DNA of 64,000 nucleotides from Minisyncoccota bacterium (GTDB lineage: Bacteria > Patescibacteriota > Minisyncoccia > Phycocordibacterales > UBA9973): contig JBAYLA010000004.1 in NCBI GenBank assembly GCA_041664285.1, forward strand, positions 3,171 through 67,170, written 5' to 3'. The notes beneath the pieces were generated by a model that was given only the letters and a program-made list of their open reading frames with translations, was not told the origin of the DNA and made no database searches. Of the stretch, positions 8,875 to 17,995 are shown piece after piece. A program made the translations under genes and the position numbers. The stretch's first letter is position 1. Each line of letters opens with the position of its first letter.

Positions 8875-11800
8875 CTAAACAACTATATTGATAAGTCTAT
8901 TTTTAACATAAAATACTTTTTTTACTTCCCTGTCTGCTAGTTGCTTCAAAACAACTTCATTGGAAATTACCTGCTTTTTGATATCTTCCTCGCTGTCATC
9001 TATTTTTATCATAATTTCAGTTCTAACTTTACCATTTACCTGCACTACAATTTTTATTTCCTCATCTTTAATTTTTGAAAGATCAGGCATTGGCCATGGC
9101 TCTAAATTAATTGATTTCTGATGACCTAATATTTGCCAGAGTTCCTCCACGATATGAGGCGCAAACGGTGAAAGAATTTTTAGAAATTTTTCGTAAGCAA
9201 TCTGTGAGATAGATTCAAGCTTCCCGACCTCGTTAATAAAAATCATCAAAGTAGAAATAGCTGTATTAAATTTCATTTCTTCTATATCAGAGCTCACTTT
9301 CTTTATTGCCTTCTCAATTTCAAACTCAACGTATTTTTTATTTTTTTGTACTTTAGATTGAAGATTCCAAATACGTTCTAAAAATCTTCTAGGACCAATG
9401 ATAGCTTCTTCGCTCCAGGCAACCGACTGACTAAAAGGCCCCATGAACATTTCATAAAGACGTAGGGTGTCTGCACCGTATGTTTTTACTATATCGTCTG
9501 GATTAATCACATTTCCCAAGCTTTTAGACATTTTTGCACCTCCCTCACCCAAGATCATTCCGTGGGAAGTACGCTTTTGATATGGTTCAGATGTTGGCAC
9601 AAGCTTTAAATCAAAAAGAAATTTATGCCAAAAACGAGAATACAAAAGATGTAAGGTGGTGTGTTCCATTCCACCATTATACCAATCGACTGGTGTCCAA
9701 TATTTTAAATTTTTCTTTGAGGCAAATTCTTTTTTATTTTTTGAATCAACGTAACGCAAGAAATACCAAGAACTTCCTGCCCAATTTGGCATGGTATCTG
9801 TTTCTCTACGCCCTTTACCTTTACATTTTGGACATTTTACATTGACCCACTTGGAAATATTTGCGAGTGGTGATTCTCCACTATTGGTTGGCTGATAGTT
9901 TTTTACTTTTGGAAGCTCTACCGGCAAATCTTTTTCTGATACTGGCATCCAACCAGTTTCTATTATGGTATTTAAAATCTCTGGCTCTGGACCATTATTT
10001 TGGAAATGAGGAGCAATAGGTTTTTCATATAATATATCTGCGTTCATTATTTCAGCCATTTTTTGTAACTGCCATTCAGGTACAACAGAAAAATCCTTGT
10101 CGGCTAAAATTATTCTTTCCTTGGTTTTTGATATGATTTTTTTAAAATTAAATTTCCAATCAAAACTTCTTTCTACGTCTGGACGTGCTTGGTCTGTAAA
10201 TTCTGGTTTTATAAATCCGTCTACCAGTACTAATTTGGCAATTACAGATTTGGTTTTTTCCGCTAATTTCATTGCTACCACAGCACCTAAACTTACTCCC
10301 ATAATAATCGTATTTTCAGTTAAAACAGTATTTTTTAGTATAAATTCTACTTGCTCTACAACATTTGGCTTGAGAGGATTTGGTAGAAGTGGTGCATAAA
10401 CTTTATGACCCTGTTTTTCTAATTCCATTTTTAACCATGGAATAAAAAGGTCTTGCCTTTTATATCCATGTAATAAAATATAGTTATATTTTCTATTTTT
10501 ACAGCTTTCGCAATACACTACTGGAATCGGCTCACCCCAATAACGCTGACGAGAAAATACCCAATCACGAAGTTTGAAAGTTGTTTTCTCTTTTCCGCCA
10601 ATAAATTTTACAATCTCCTTGGTAGCTTCTTTGGAATCTAGTTTATTAAATTTTCCAGAATTAACCAAAATTCCATCTTGCGTAAAACACCTTGATTCTA
10701 AGCCTTGAAAAATTCTCCAAGCATGTTTTCCATTTGGAACATTGATAAATTCTTCAACCTCTTCTCTAGGAATCCAAAGTGTTTCGTGTTTATCTTTTTC
10801 CTCTTGAGAAATTTCTTTTCTTGCGTCACTACCTAACTCTAAATATACGGTGTGAAAACGTGTTTTTAAATTTATTTTTCTATTAGGGTGATAAAACTGT
10901 GCATACATAACATGGTCGATATCCTCTGCTTTTTTTATGTCAAAATACCCTGACTCTTCTTCGACTTCACGAATAGCTGAATCAATTATCTTTTCATTAT
11001 TTTCAATTCCCCCGGTAATAAAAATGTTCCAGGGAGCATTTTTCCATTTTAAGCAAAGATATTTATCTTCTTTCCAATGTTTTACAATAGCAAAGATTGC
11101 CTCTTTGTCTTTTGTTGGTAACTCCGGCCTGAAAGCATCAACACCAGTCTGAGCATATTCTATAGGTTCAATCACTTTTCTAATCGACAAATTAAATTTC
11201 TTCGCGAATTCAAAATCCCTTTCGTCGTGTGCTGGCACGGCCATTATTGCTCCAGTACCATAACTAGCAAGCACATAATCAGCTATCCAAATTGGAATTT
11301 CCTCTTGTGTTGCAGGGTTAATAACCTTAATCCCCTTCAATTCCACGCCTGTTTTTATTTTATCTTCGGTTGTTCTTTCTATGTCAGTTTTACTTTTTAC
11401 TTCTTTTATATATTTTTCAACTTCACTCCAATTTTTAATTTGAGATTTTAATTTTTGGACTAATTCATGGTCTGGCGCAAGAATAACATACGTCGCCCCA
11501 AAAATAGTATCTGGACGAGTAGTGAAAACTTTTATTTTTTCATTGTTGTTTTTTATTTCAAAATCTATTTCCGCTCCCTCGCTCCTGCCTATCCAGTTCC
11601 TCTGCCCAAGTTTAATTTGCGAAAGATAATCTACGGTGTCCAAATCTTTATCAAGCCTATCGGCATATTTGGTAATTGCGAGCATCCATTGTTCTTTTTC
11701 TCTTTTCTCTGTATCTCCACCACAACGCTCACATTTATCATTTACCACCTCTTCATTGGCTAAACCTATTTTACAAGAAAGACACCAATTGATGTAGGAT

Positions 11801-12258
11801 TTTGCTTTATATGCCAAACCTTTTTTCAACAATTGTAAAAATATCCACTGGGTCCATTTGTAATATTTTGGATCAGTAGTATTAATTTCTCGTGACCAAT
11901 CAAAAGAAAAACCAATAGATTTAAGCTGCCGTCTAAAGGTGTCTGTGTTATCCTTGGTAACCTTTATCGGATGAATTCCCGTCTTAATAGCATAATTCTC
12001 TGTCGGCAAACCAAAAGCATCCCAGCCTATCGGGTAAAGTACGTTGTATCCTTCCATCCTGCGTTTACGAGAAATGATGTCCATGGCCGTATTGCTACGG
12101 ATGTGACCCACGTGCATGCCTGCGCCAGATGGATATGGAAACTCAATCAAACCATAAAATTTAGGTTTTTTAGAAAAATTCTTAGCTTCATATACTCCAG
12201 TTTTTTCCCACTCTTTCTGCCATTTTTTTTCAATTTTTTTATGATCATATTCCTTCAT
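8875..12258 (-). CDS. leuS: Leucine--tRNA ligase with inserted Nudix and alpha/beta-hydrolase domains
   Basis: FPYPSG.GMHVGH (HIGH-like), FTTRPDT, GTGAIMAVPAHD, SRQRYWGEPIP, KMSKS. Confidence 0.97.
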   Translation of the reverse strand: MKEYDHKKIEKKWQKEWEKTGVYEAKNFSKKPKFYGLIEFPYPSGAGMHVGHIRSNTAMDIISRKRRMEGYNVLYPIGWDAFGLPTENYAIKTGIHPIKVTKDNTDTFRRQLKSIGFSFDWSREINTTDPKYYKWTQWIFLQLLKKGLAYKAKSYINWCLSCKIGLANEEVVNDKCERCGGDTEKREKEQWMLAITKYADRLDKDLDTVDYLSQIKLGQRNWIGRSEGAEIDFEIKNNNEKIKVFTTRPDTIFGATYVILAPDHELVQKLKSQIKNWSEVEKYIKEVKSKTDIERTTEDKIKTGVELKGIKVINPATQEEIPIWIADYVLASYGTGAIMAVPAHDERDFEFAKKFNLSIRKVIEPIEYAQTGVDAFRPELPTKDKEAIFAIVKHWKEDKYLCLKWKNAPWNIFITGGIENNEKIIDSAIREVEEESGYFDIKKAEDIDHVMYAQFYHPNRKINLKTRFHTVYLELGSDARKEISQEEKDKHETLWIPREEVEEFINVPNGKHAWRIFQGLESRCFTQDGILVNSGKFNKLDSKEATKEIVKFIGGKEKTTFKLRDWVFSRQRYWGEPIPVVYCESCKNRKYNYILLHGYKRQDLFIPWLKMELEKQGHKVYAPLLPNPLKPNVVEQVEFILKNTVLTENTIIMGVSLGAVVAMKLAEKTKSVIAKLVLVDGFIKPEFTDQARPDVERSFDWKFNFKKIISKTKERIILADKDFSVVPEWQLQKMAEIMNADILYEKPIAPHFQNNGPEPEILNTIIETGWMPVSEKDLPVELPKVKNYQPTNSGESPLANISKWVNVKCPKCKGKGRRETDTMPNWAGSSWYFLRYVDSKNKKEFASKKNLKYWTPVDWYNGGMEHTTLHLLYSRFWHKFLFDLKLVPTSEPYQKRTSHGMILGEGGAKMSKSLGNVINPDDIVKTYGADTLRLYEMFMGPFSQSVAWSEEAIIGPRRFLERIWNLQSKVQKNKKYVEFEIEKAIKKVSSDIEEMKFNTAISTLMIFINEVGKLESISQIAYEKFLKILSPFAPHIVEELWQILGHQKSINLEPWPMPDLSKIKDEEIKIVVQVNGKVRTEIMIKIDDSEEDIKKQVISNEVVLKQLADREVKKVFYVKNRLINIVV

Positions 12259-12273
12259 ATATCATCTCATCAT

Positions 12274-12313
12274 AACCAAAAAATCACTTTTTTGCAAAAG
12301 TGATTTTTTGGTT
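12274..12313 (-). terminator. 18-bp perfect hairpin (likely terminator) overlapping the leuS promoter
   Basis: aaccaaaaaatcactttt-GCAA-aaaagtgattttttggtt; overlaps TTGCAA-17 nt-TATGAT. Confidence 0.65.
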
Positions 12314-12337
12314 TAAGAAATCTCTTTAAGATAAATC

Positions 12338-13360
12338 TTATTGAGTTGGTGCTGGAGCTGATACGGGAGTTGGTGTGGGGTATGATAATACCGGTTTGGA
12401 GTAAATATTTGGATTTATAGTCTCTGAAAAACAATAGTGTCCAGCCGGATGAGTCCAAGATTTTGAGGAATAGGTATTAAAATTATTTTTATCATTTGAT
12501 TCTTTGTTGAATTCTGCACAAAGATTATAAGTTAGATTCCCTGTCTTTTGATATTCATATGGTTTTTGACTTTGAGGATCAAGAATGCCAGGAATATAAT
12601 AATCTCCTTTATATATTTGTTCTAGTCTGTCTGGTAAATTTCCAAATCCTGAATAATAGTTTTCAATTGCATTATTCATATTCCGCAAATCACTAACTTT
12701 TTGTTCATCGTATTTTAATAATTGTTGTGTTCGAGGAGAACCAAGAATAAAGAATCCCCAGGTTATACAAGCAAGAATTACTAAAGCAGAACTAACTGTC
12801 CAAGCTTTTCGATAAGTGCTATTTGTTTTTCCTAATACATCATAGATATAATAAAAGAAAATCGCCAGGGCTATTACTAAAACCGATAAAACTTTTAAAA
12901 TAAAACCCGTTGTAATATCCTGACCATCTATGAAAAAGTATAAAACCGTAACTAAATCTCCAGCCAAAACAAATCCTGAAACAAAAAGAGTTATGTAGGT
13001 CAACCATTTACGGATACCTATATTTCTTTTTTCTGGTTCTATGGAATAATTTCTCTCTAAAAGCCACATCAAAAAAACATAAACGGGAAAGAAAATGATA
13101 AGAGAAGCTACTGGAAAACTAATAGAATAACTTCCGTAGTAATTATAACCAGTAGTAAGTGGATAAGCTTTATTGATTATTGTAAACAAAAGACTAAGAA
13201 GGTTACCAACAAAAAAACCGAGAGCGATAATAGCACCTAAGTTTATAAAAAAATCTTTAGCACTTGTTTTTGTTTGTGTTTGTGTTTCCATATTTGTTAA
13301 ATTAACGATAATAATAAAAATAACAATGATTATTATAATAATACCACCCAAAATAAACAT
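12338..13360 (-). CDS. DUF5671-like multi-pass membrane protein
   Basis: SAKDFF..LG, RKWLTYITLF, GSP..Q....D..K..DL, Y.LCA.F; start 13360 has TGgTACAAT 6 nt upstream. Confidence 0.7.
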   Translation of the reverse strand: MFILGGIIIIIIVIFIIIVNLTNMETQTQTKTSAKDFFINLGAIIALGFFVGNLLSLLFTIINKAYPLTTGYNYYGSYSISFPVASLIIFFPVYVFLMWLLERNYSIEPEKRNIGIRKWLTYITLFVSGFVLAGDLVTVLYFFIDGQDITTGFILKVLSVLVIALAIFFYYIYDVLGKTNSTYRKAWTVSSALVILACITWGFFILGSPRTQQLLKYDEQKVSDLRNMNNAIENYYSGFGNLPDRLEQIYKGDYYIPGILDPQSQKPYEYQKTGNLTYNLCAEFNKESNDKNNFNTYSSKSWTHPAGHYCFSETINPNIYSKPVLSYPTPTPVSAPAPTQ

Positions 13361-13364
13361 ATGT

Positions 13365-14348
13365 CTATTGTACCATATCTCTACTCCAAACGGCTGTATT
13401 AGCAAGAGATACTATGCGATTATTTGATTTTTCTAAGACACAAAGTTCGCCAGCTTCAATATTACCCTTAAAATCAGCCATTGTATCGGCTAGCGCGTAT
13501 CCTAAAGAAAGTGACGAAGAATCAACTGCGTAAGAAGTCAAAATAACGAAAAGTGGTTTGTCGCTTAAAACTTTTCGTACTTGTAAAAGAAGCCTTGGGA
13601 GCATCTCCTCAATTTTCCATATTTCTCCTTTAGGTCCTCTGCCAAACTTAGGCGGATCCATGATAATTGCATCATATCTGTTCCCTCTTTTTTCTTCTCT
13701 CTCTAAAAATTTTAAAACGTCATCTTCTATTATCCGCATAGGTGCTTCAGCTAATTCAGTATTTAATTTTTGATTTTCTTTTGCCCAAGCTAAAGTTTGT
13801 TTCGAAGCATCTAAATGAGTAACTTCTGCACCAGCCCGCAGAGCAAAAAGACTTGCTACTCCGGTGTAACCAAATAAATTTAAAAACTTAAGCCCAGAAG
13901 AATAAGGAAAATTCTGTCCGTGTCGGAGCCCGCTTGCGGGTAAAGCGGCAGAATTTTCTTTATTCTTTAGGGCTTGCTTAATCTTATCCTCAATAAAATC
14001 CCAATGACTCGCCTGCTCTGGAAAAAATCCCAAATGTCGAAAAGGTGTCGGGGAAGCAAAAAATTTTATACCTTTGTATTCCATCTCCCATTTTGATTCT
14101 ATTTTTTTATCTATTTTCCAACCCGCTTTTGCTCCAACTTTGGAACTCCAAAATTTTCCGTTTGCTTTTGCCCACTTCTCTTTCATTTCTATAGCCTTTG
14201 GCCATACGGCATCTTCGTATGGACGCACAAAAATATATTTGCCGAATCTTTCTAGCTTCTCCCCTGCACCCGTATCCAAGAGTTCATACCCTATCTTGTC
14301 CAGAGCAGAGCTAAGCGACCAATCTTTTGAATAAAAAAGTTTTATCAT
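13365..14348 (-). CDS. Class I SAM-dependent methyltransferase (RlmI/RlmK-like)
   Basis: YELLD.G.GEKLERFG, GFFPEQ, LNLFGYTG, DPPKFGRG. Confidence 0.9.
   Translation of the reverse strand: MIKLFYSKDWSLSSALDKIGYELLDTGAGEKLERFGKYIFVRPYEDAVWPKAIEMKEKWAKANGKFWSSKVGAKAGWKIDKKIESKWEMEYKGIKFFASPTPFRHLGFFPEQASHWDFIEDKIKQALKNKENSAALPASGLRHGQNFPYSSGLKFLNLFGYTGVASLFALRAGAEVTHLDASKQTLAWAKENQKLNTELAEAPMRIIEDDVLKFLEREEKRGNRYDAIIMDPPKFGRGPKGEIWKIEEMLPRLLLQVRKVLSDKPLFVILTSYAVDSSSLSLGYALADTMADFKGNIEAGELCVLEKSNNRIVSLANTAVWSRDMVQ
13890..13975. repeat. In-frame palindromic insertion in the methyltransferase gene
   Basis: 27-nt arms (24 matching) around ccgtgtcggag-cccgc-tt-gcggg-taaagcgg; encodes KNKENSAALPASGLRHGQNFPYSSG just before LNLFGYTG. 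Confidence 0.8.
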
Positions 14349-14358
14349 AATTTGTTAT

Positions 14359-15465
14359 TTATATTTTAGCACGATAAACGCCCTGTAAGTAGGAAGCCAT
14401 AGGAAGCAGTAAACAGATAATTGATACCACCATCAAACTTGCTTTTGGAGAAGATGTTAAATAAAAAACCAGCAAAGTAATTGAAATTGTTGCGAGATAT
14501 CCCATATTTAAATATATCTCTCTTAAGACCATTGTTTTTTCAACCCCAATATCCTTATAATAATCTAAATTAAAAGTAAGCCAAAATGGATTAACTAAAT
14601 TTATGCAAAGGCTACTAATGCCCGCAAAGATACCCCAGTAATAAACATTATTCACAAAAGCTAAAGGTAAAAAACTAAACACTGTCAAAAAAGAAAGTAC
14701 GTAAAAAAACATTTTTCTATTTTTTATTTTATCCGATATATATCCATTAAGCACAGAAGCAATTGCGGCCAATAAAGCCAGATATCCGAAAAAGTTCCCA
14801 AAGTCTCTTGGAGTTTTTATAAAAAACAAAGTAAAAATTGGAACTAAAGCCCAACTAATTCTTGAAGACATGCCTTGGAAAAAAGTAGACCAATTAAATT
14901 TATTTTCCAGAAAATATTTCTTGGTATTTATTTCATACTCAAAAGAAGGTAGAAATTTAATAAGTATAGTAGGAATAATATAAGAAAAAACCCCAATCCA
15001 AAATACAGTTTCAAAATTAAATTTCTCAGCTATAATACCAGCCAATGGTTGAAAAGTTATACCGATTATTGGAGTAATTAAAAAATACATTCCACTATTA
15101 AGTCCACGCTTCTCGTCATCGCTATATTTAAAAAACATTATATTACAAGGAATCCAGAAAAATATAACATTTAATCCAGAAAATAATCCTGATAGATAAA
15201 GTTGATACGGGCCAAAGATTTTTATTAAAATTAGAACGCTCAAGGCACTAAACAACAAACCCCAAAAAATAGAAGCTTTAGCATTTATTTTTATTTTTTG
15301 GGAAAATAATATCCCCAATAAAGCAACGCCAAACGTAACTATGTAATATATGAGTAATTCATTAAAACCAAACCCATTTTTAGAAAGCCACAAGACAACA
15401 AGCGTCTGCGCAAAATACATTGACACCATATAAGTAAAAAAGAAAAAATAAATTCGTTTAAGCAT
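14359..15465 (-). CDS. MFS-type transporter
   Basis: About 12 TM segments; G.ISDKI..RK loop motif. Confidence 0.8.
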   Translation of the reverse strand: MLKRIYFFFFTYMVSMYFAQTLVVLWLSKNGFGFNELLIYYIVTFGVALLGILFSQKIKINAKASIFWGLLFSALSVLILIKIFGPYQLYLSGLFSGLNVIFFWIPCNIMFFKYSDDEKRGLNSGMYFLITPIIGITFQPLAGIIAEKFNFETVFWIGVFSYIIPTILIKFLPSFEYEINTKKYFLENKFNWSTFFQGMSSRISWALVPIFTLFFIKTPRDFGNFFGYLALLAAIASVLNGYISDKIKNRKMFFYVLSFLTVFSFLPLAFVNNVYYWGIFAGISSLCINLVNPFWLTFNLDYYKDIGVEKTMVLREIYLNMGYLATISITLLVFYLTSSPKASLMVVSIICLLLPMASYLQGVYRAKI

Positions 15466-16342
15466 GGTTGGATTTCAATTTAAGATTGTTAGTTAACAAT
15501 AACACACCAAAGAAAAATGGCACCAGAGAAGCAATTTGCCACACTGTTGGCACTTGATGTAATAACACCCAGGCAATAAATAATGTAAAGAGCGGACCCA
15601 TACTACCGATAGCATTTGCTTTCGTCACAGAAATGCGCGTAATTCCTTCAAGCCAGAAAATTTTTGAAAGTCCTAAGAGAATAAAGCCGTTCAAGATTAA
15701 AAATAAGAAAGATTCTTTTAATTGATTTATCTGTAAATGCTGTCCGAATAGATAAGCAATGCCAAGTAAAAATGGAGTGGCTAATATACTACGAAGAAAT
15801 AAGATGGATTCAGTTGAAGCAATGATTTTCGCTTTTTGTTGGAAAAAATTTCCTATGGGAGCAAAAAAGGTTGCTATGAGAATAAATAAATCTCCGAAAT
15901 TTACAGATGAAAAATTCGGAAACAATATTATAACAGCTCCAATAAGCATTAACATAGATCCAATTTTAGATTCGAGGGAAAAAGATTCTTTCCTTAAAAC
16001 TTGAAAAAAAATATAAGAAGAAAAAATCTCAAATAAAATAATAATACTAGCATTTCCTGGTGTAGTTTTTGTAAGGCCAAAATAATAAAAAACGTAAAAT
16101 AAAATACCAATAAAAAATACAGTATAGGCCACATATTTCCACAGAAGCAGATTTTTTAATTCGTCTAATTTGTTTTTATAAAGAACAATAATAAAGAAAA
16201 AAATACTAGACAAAAAAGTGCTGACAGCAAGCGAAATCATGCTTGGGACCGCCTTATACGATAAAACAGTAATCACTGGAAACAAGCTCCAGAGTGCTAC
16301 TTCGCCAAATATAAATAATTCTCCCTTTCTTTCTTGAAGCAT
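15458..16342 (-). CDS. EamA/DMT family transporter
   Basis: Two-repeat 10-TM protein; GL..T...NA.II. Confidence 0.85.
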   Translation of the reverse strand: MLQERKGELFIFGEVALWSLFPVITVLSYKAVPSMISLAVSTFLSSIFFFIIVLYKNKLDELKNLLLWKYVAYTVFFIGILFYVFYYFGLTKTTPGNASIIILFEIFSSYIFFQVLRKESFSLESKIGSMLMLIGAVIILFPNFSSVNFGDLFILIATFFAPIGNFFQQKAKIIASTESILFLRSILATPFLLGIAYLFGQHLQINQLKESFLFLILNGFILLGLSKIFWLEGITRISVTKANAIGSMGPLFTLFIAWVLLHQVPTVWQIASLVPFFFGVLLLTNNLKLKSNHA

Positions 16343-16355
16343 AAAATAATTCTAC

Positions 16356-16961
16356 CTACAAAACATTTAAATCTTTTAACTTAATTTTTAAATCTTCAAC
16401 ATCCTTAAATAAAATAGGAGCATAGCCAATACTTTCCGCTCCAATTAAAGATTGTTTTGCGTCATCTATAAAAATCACTTCATTTTTTTTAACACTAAGT
16501 TGACTAAATAAAATCTCAAAAATTTCTGGTTGAGGTTTTTGATAATTAACTTCACTAGAAATAACTACCGCATCAAATAAATCAATTAGCTTTAGGTCGA
16601 TAAGTTCTTGTCTTAATTTAATATAATTATTGCTTAATAAGCCGATTTTATAATTTTTATTTTTTAAATCTTTTATTATTTCTATAAGTTTCAAATTTAT
16701 TTGTCTTTCCTTTCTATTGTCTTTCTGTAATTTAAGTACATGAGATATTTGGTCATCAGAAGCACCTAGTTCTTTGGCGGTAAGTGCAAAAACCTCTTCA
16801 TAGCTTTTCTTGCCAGTATTACATAAATAATTTAGAGAAAAATATACTTTTTGCCAGTCTTCTTGAGAAATTTGCAAATATTTTGTTATATTTTTAGTTA
16901 AACCTCTTTTTATTATTTCTATAACCCCACCGTAATCAAATACAATTGCTTTATATTTCAT
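16356..16961 (-). CDS. HAD-superfamily hydrolase
   Basis: FDYGGV, LSN, KP.P.IF, FIDD. Confidence 0.9.
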   Translation of the reverse strand: MKYKAIVFDYGGVIEIIKRGLTKNITKYLQISQEDWQKVYFSLNYLCNTGKKSYEEVFALTAKELGASDDQISHVLKLQKDNRKERQINLKLIEIIKDLKNKNYKIGLLSNNYIKLRQELIDLKLIDLFDAVVISSEVNYQKPQPEIFEILFSQLSVKKNEVIFIDDAKQSLIGAESIGYAPILFKDVEDLKIKLKDLNVL

Positions 16962-16964
16962 AAA

Positions 16965-17954
16965 TTAAATTAGAAATTCTATAACATCTCCATCTTTAAC
17001 AATATATTCTTTGCCTTCGGTGCGAATTAAGCCCTTAGCTTTGGCATTAGCACGAGAGCCTGAATCTAATAAGTCCTTCCAATTTATCACTTCTGCCCGA
17101 ATAAATTTTTCTTTAAAATCGGTATGGATGGCCATCCCTGCTATTGGCGCAGTAGAACCTATTTTAATAGTCCAAGCCCTCGTCTCATCTTCTCCAGTGG
17201 TTAAAAAAGTTTCAAGACCTAAAAGTTTATAACTTTGTTTTATTAATTCATCAAAACCTTTTTCGAAAACAGGGTCTACTTTTACAGAGAGTCCAGAAAT
17301 TTTTACATCTATATTTTCATTTGCTTCTGAAGTATTTAAAACATAAAGCATTGGTTTTAAGGTAAGTAAATTTAAGGATTTTATTTTAAATTTTTCGTCA
17401 TCATTTAAATTTGCTTCTATCGCCATTTTACCCTCCTCAAAAACTTTCTCTAACTTTTTTAAAATATTTTCTTCCGCAATAGCTTCTTTGTCGCCTTTCT
17501 TTAAATCTTTTCCTAAGGTCCCAAGTCTTTTTGAAACTGTTTCAAAATCAGCTAAAACAAGCTCGAGATTTATCACTCCAATATCTTGCATCGGGTCAAT
17601 TTTATTAGCCACATGAACGACTGAATTGTCTTCAAATGTTCGTACAACGTGAGCAATAGCGTCTACTTCTCGAATGTTGGTTAAAAATTTATTTCCTAAT
17701 CCTTCTCCTTTTGAGGCTCCTGCTACCAGCCCAGCAATATCCACAAACTCTATAACAGCTGGAATAGCTTTTTTAGATTTTGAAAATTTAAAAAGCAATT
17801 CTACTCGCTCGTCAGGTACCGGAACAATCCCCACTGACGGATCAATGGTACAAAAAGGATAATTTTCAGCCGGCACACTTTTTTTAGTGAGGGCATTAAA
17901 AAGCGTGGACTTTCCTACGTTTGGCAAACCAACTATTCCGATTGAAAGAGACAT
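16965..17954 (-). CDS. ychF: Obg-like ATPase YchF
   Basis: GLPNVGKSTLFNALT, NYPFCTIDP, GEGLGNKFL, EGKEYIVKDGD. Confidence 0.97.
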   Translation of the reverse strand: MSLSIGIVGLPNVGKSTLFNALTKKSVPAENYPFCTIDPSVGIVPVPDERVELLFKFSKSKKAIPAVIEFVDIAGLVAGASKGEGLGNKFLTNIREVDAIAHVVRTFEDNSVVHVANKIDPMQDIGVINLELVLADFETVSKRLGTLGKDLKKGDKEAIAEENILKKLEKVFEEGKMAIEANLNDDEKFKIKSLNLLTLKPMLYVLNTSEANENIDVKISGLSVKVDPVFEKGFDELIKQSYKLLGLETFLTTGEDETRAWTIKIGSTAPIAGMAIHTDFKEKFIRAEVINWKDLLDSGSRANAKAKGLIRTEGKEYIVKDGDVIEFLI

Positions 17955-17995
17955 AAGAAAAATATAACAGAAATTACTTTAGATTCAAAACTTTT

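Noticed and set aside
9955-11160. Inteins or introns as the explanation for the long LeuRS
   Set aside because: No intein N-terminal or His-Asn C-terminal signature and no frame break; the inserts have Nudix and hydrolase motifs.
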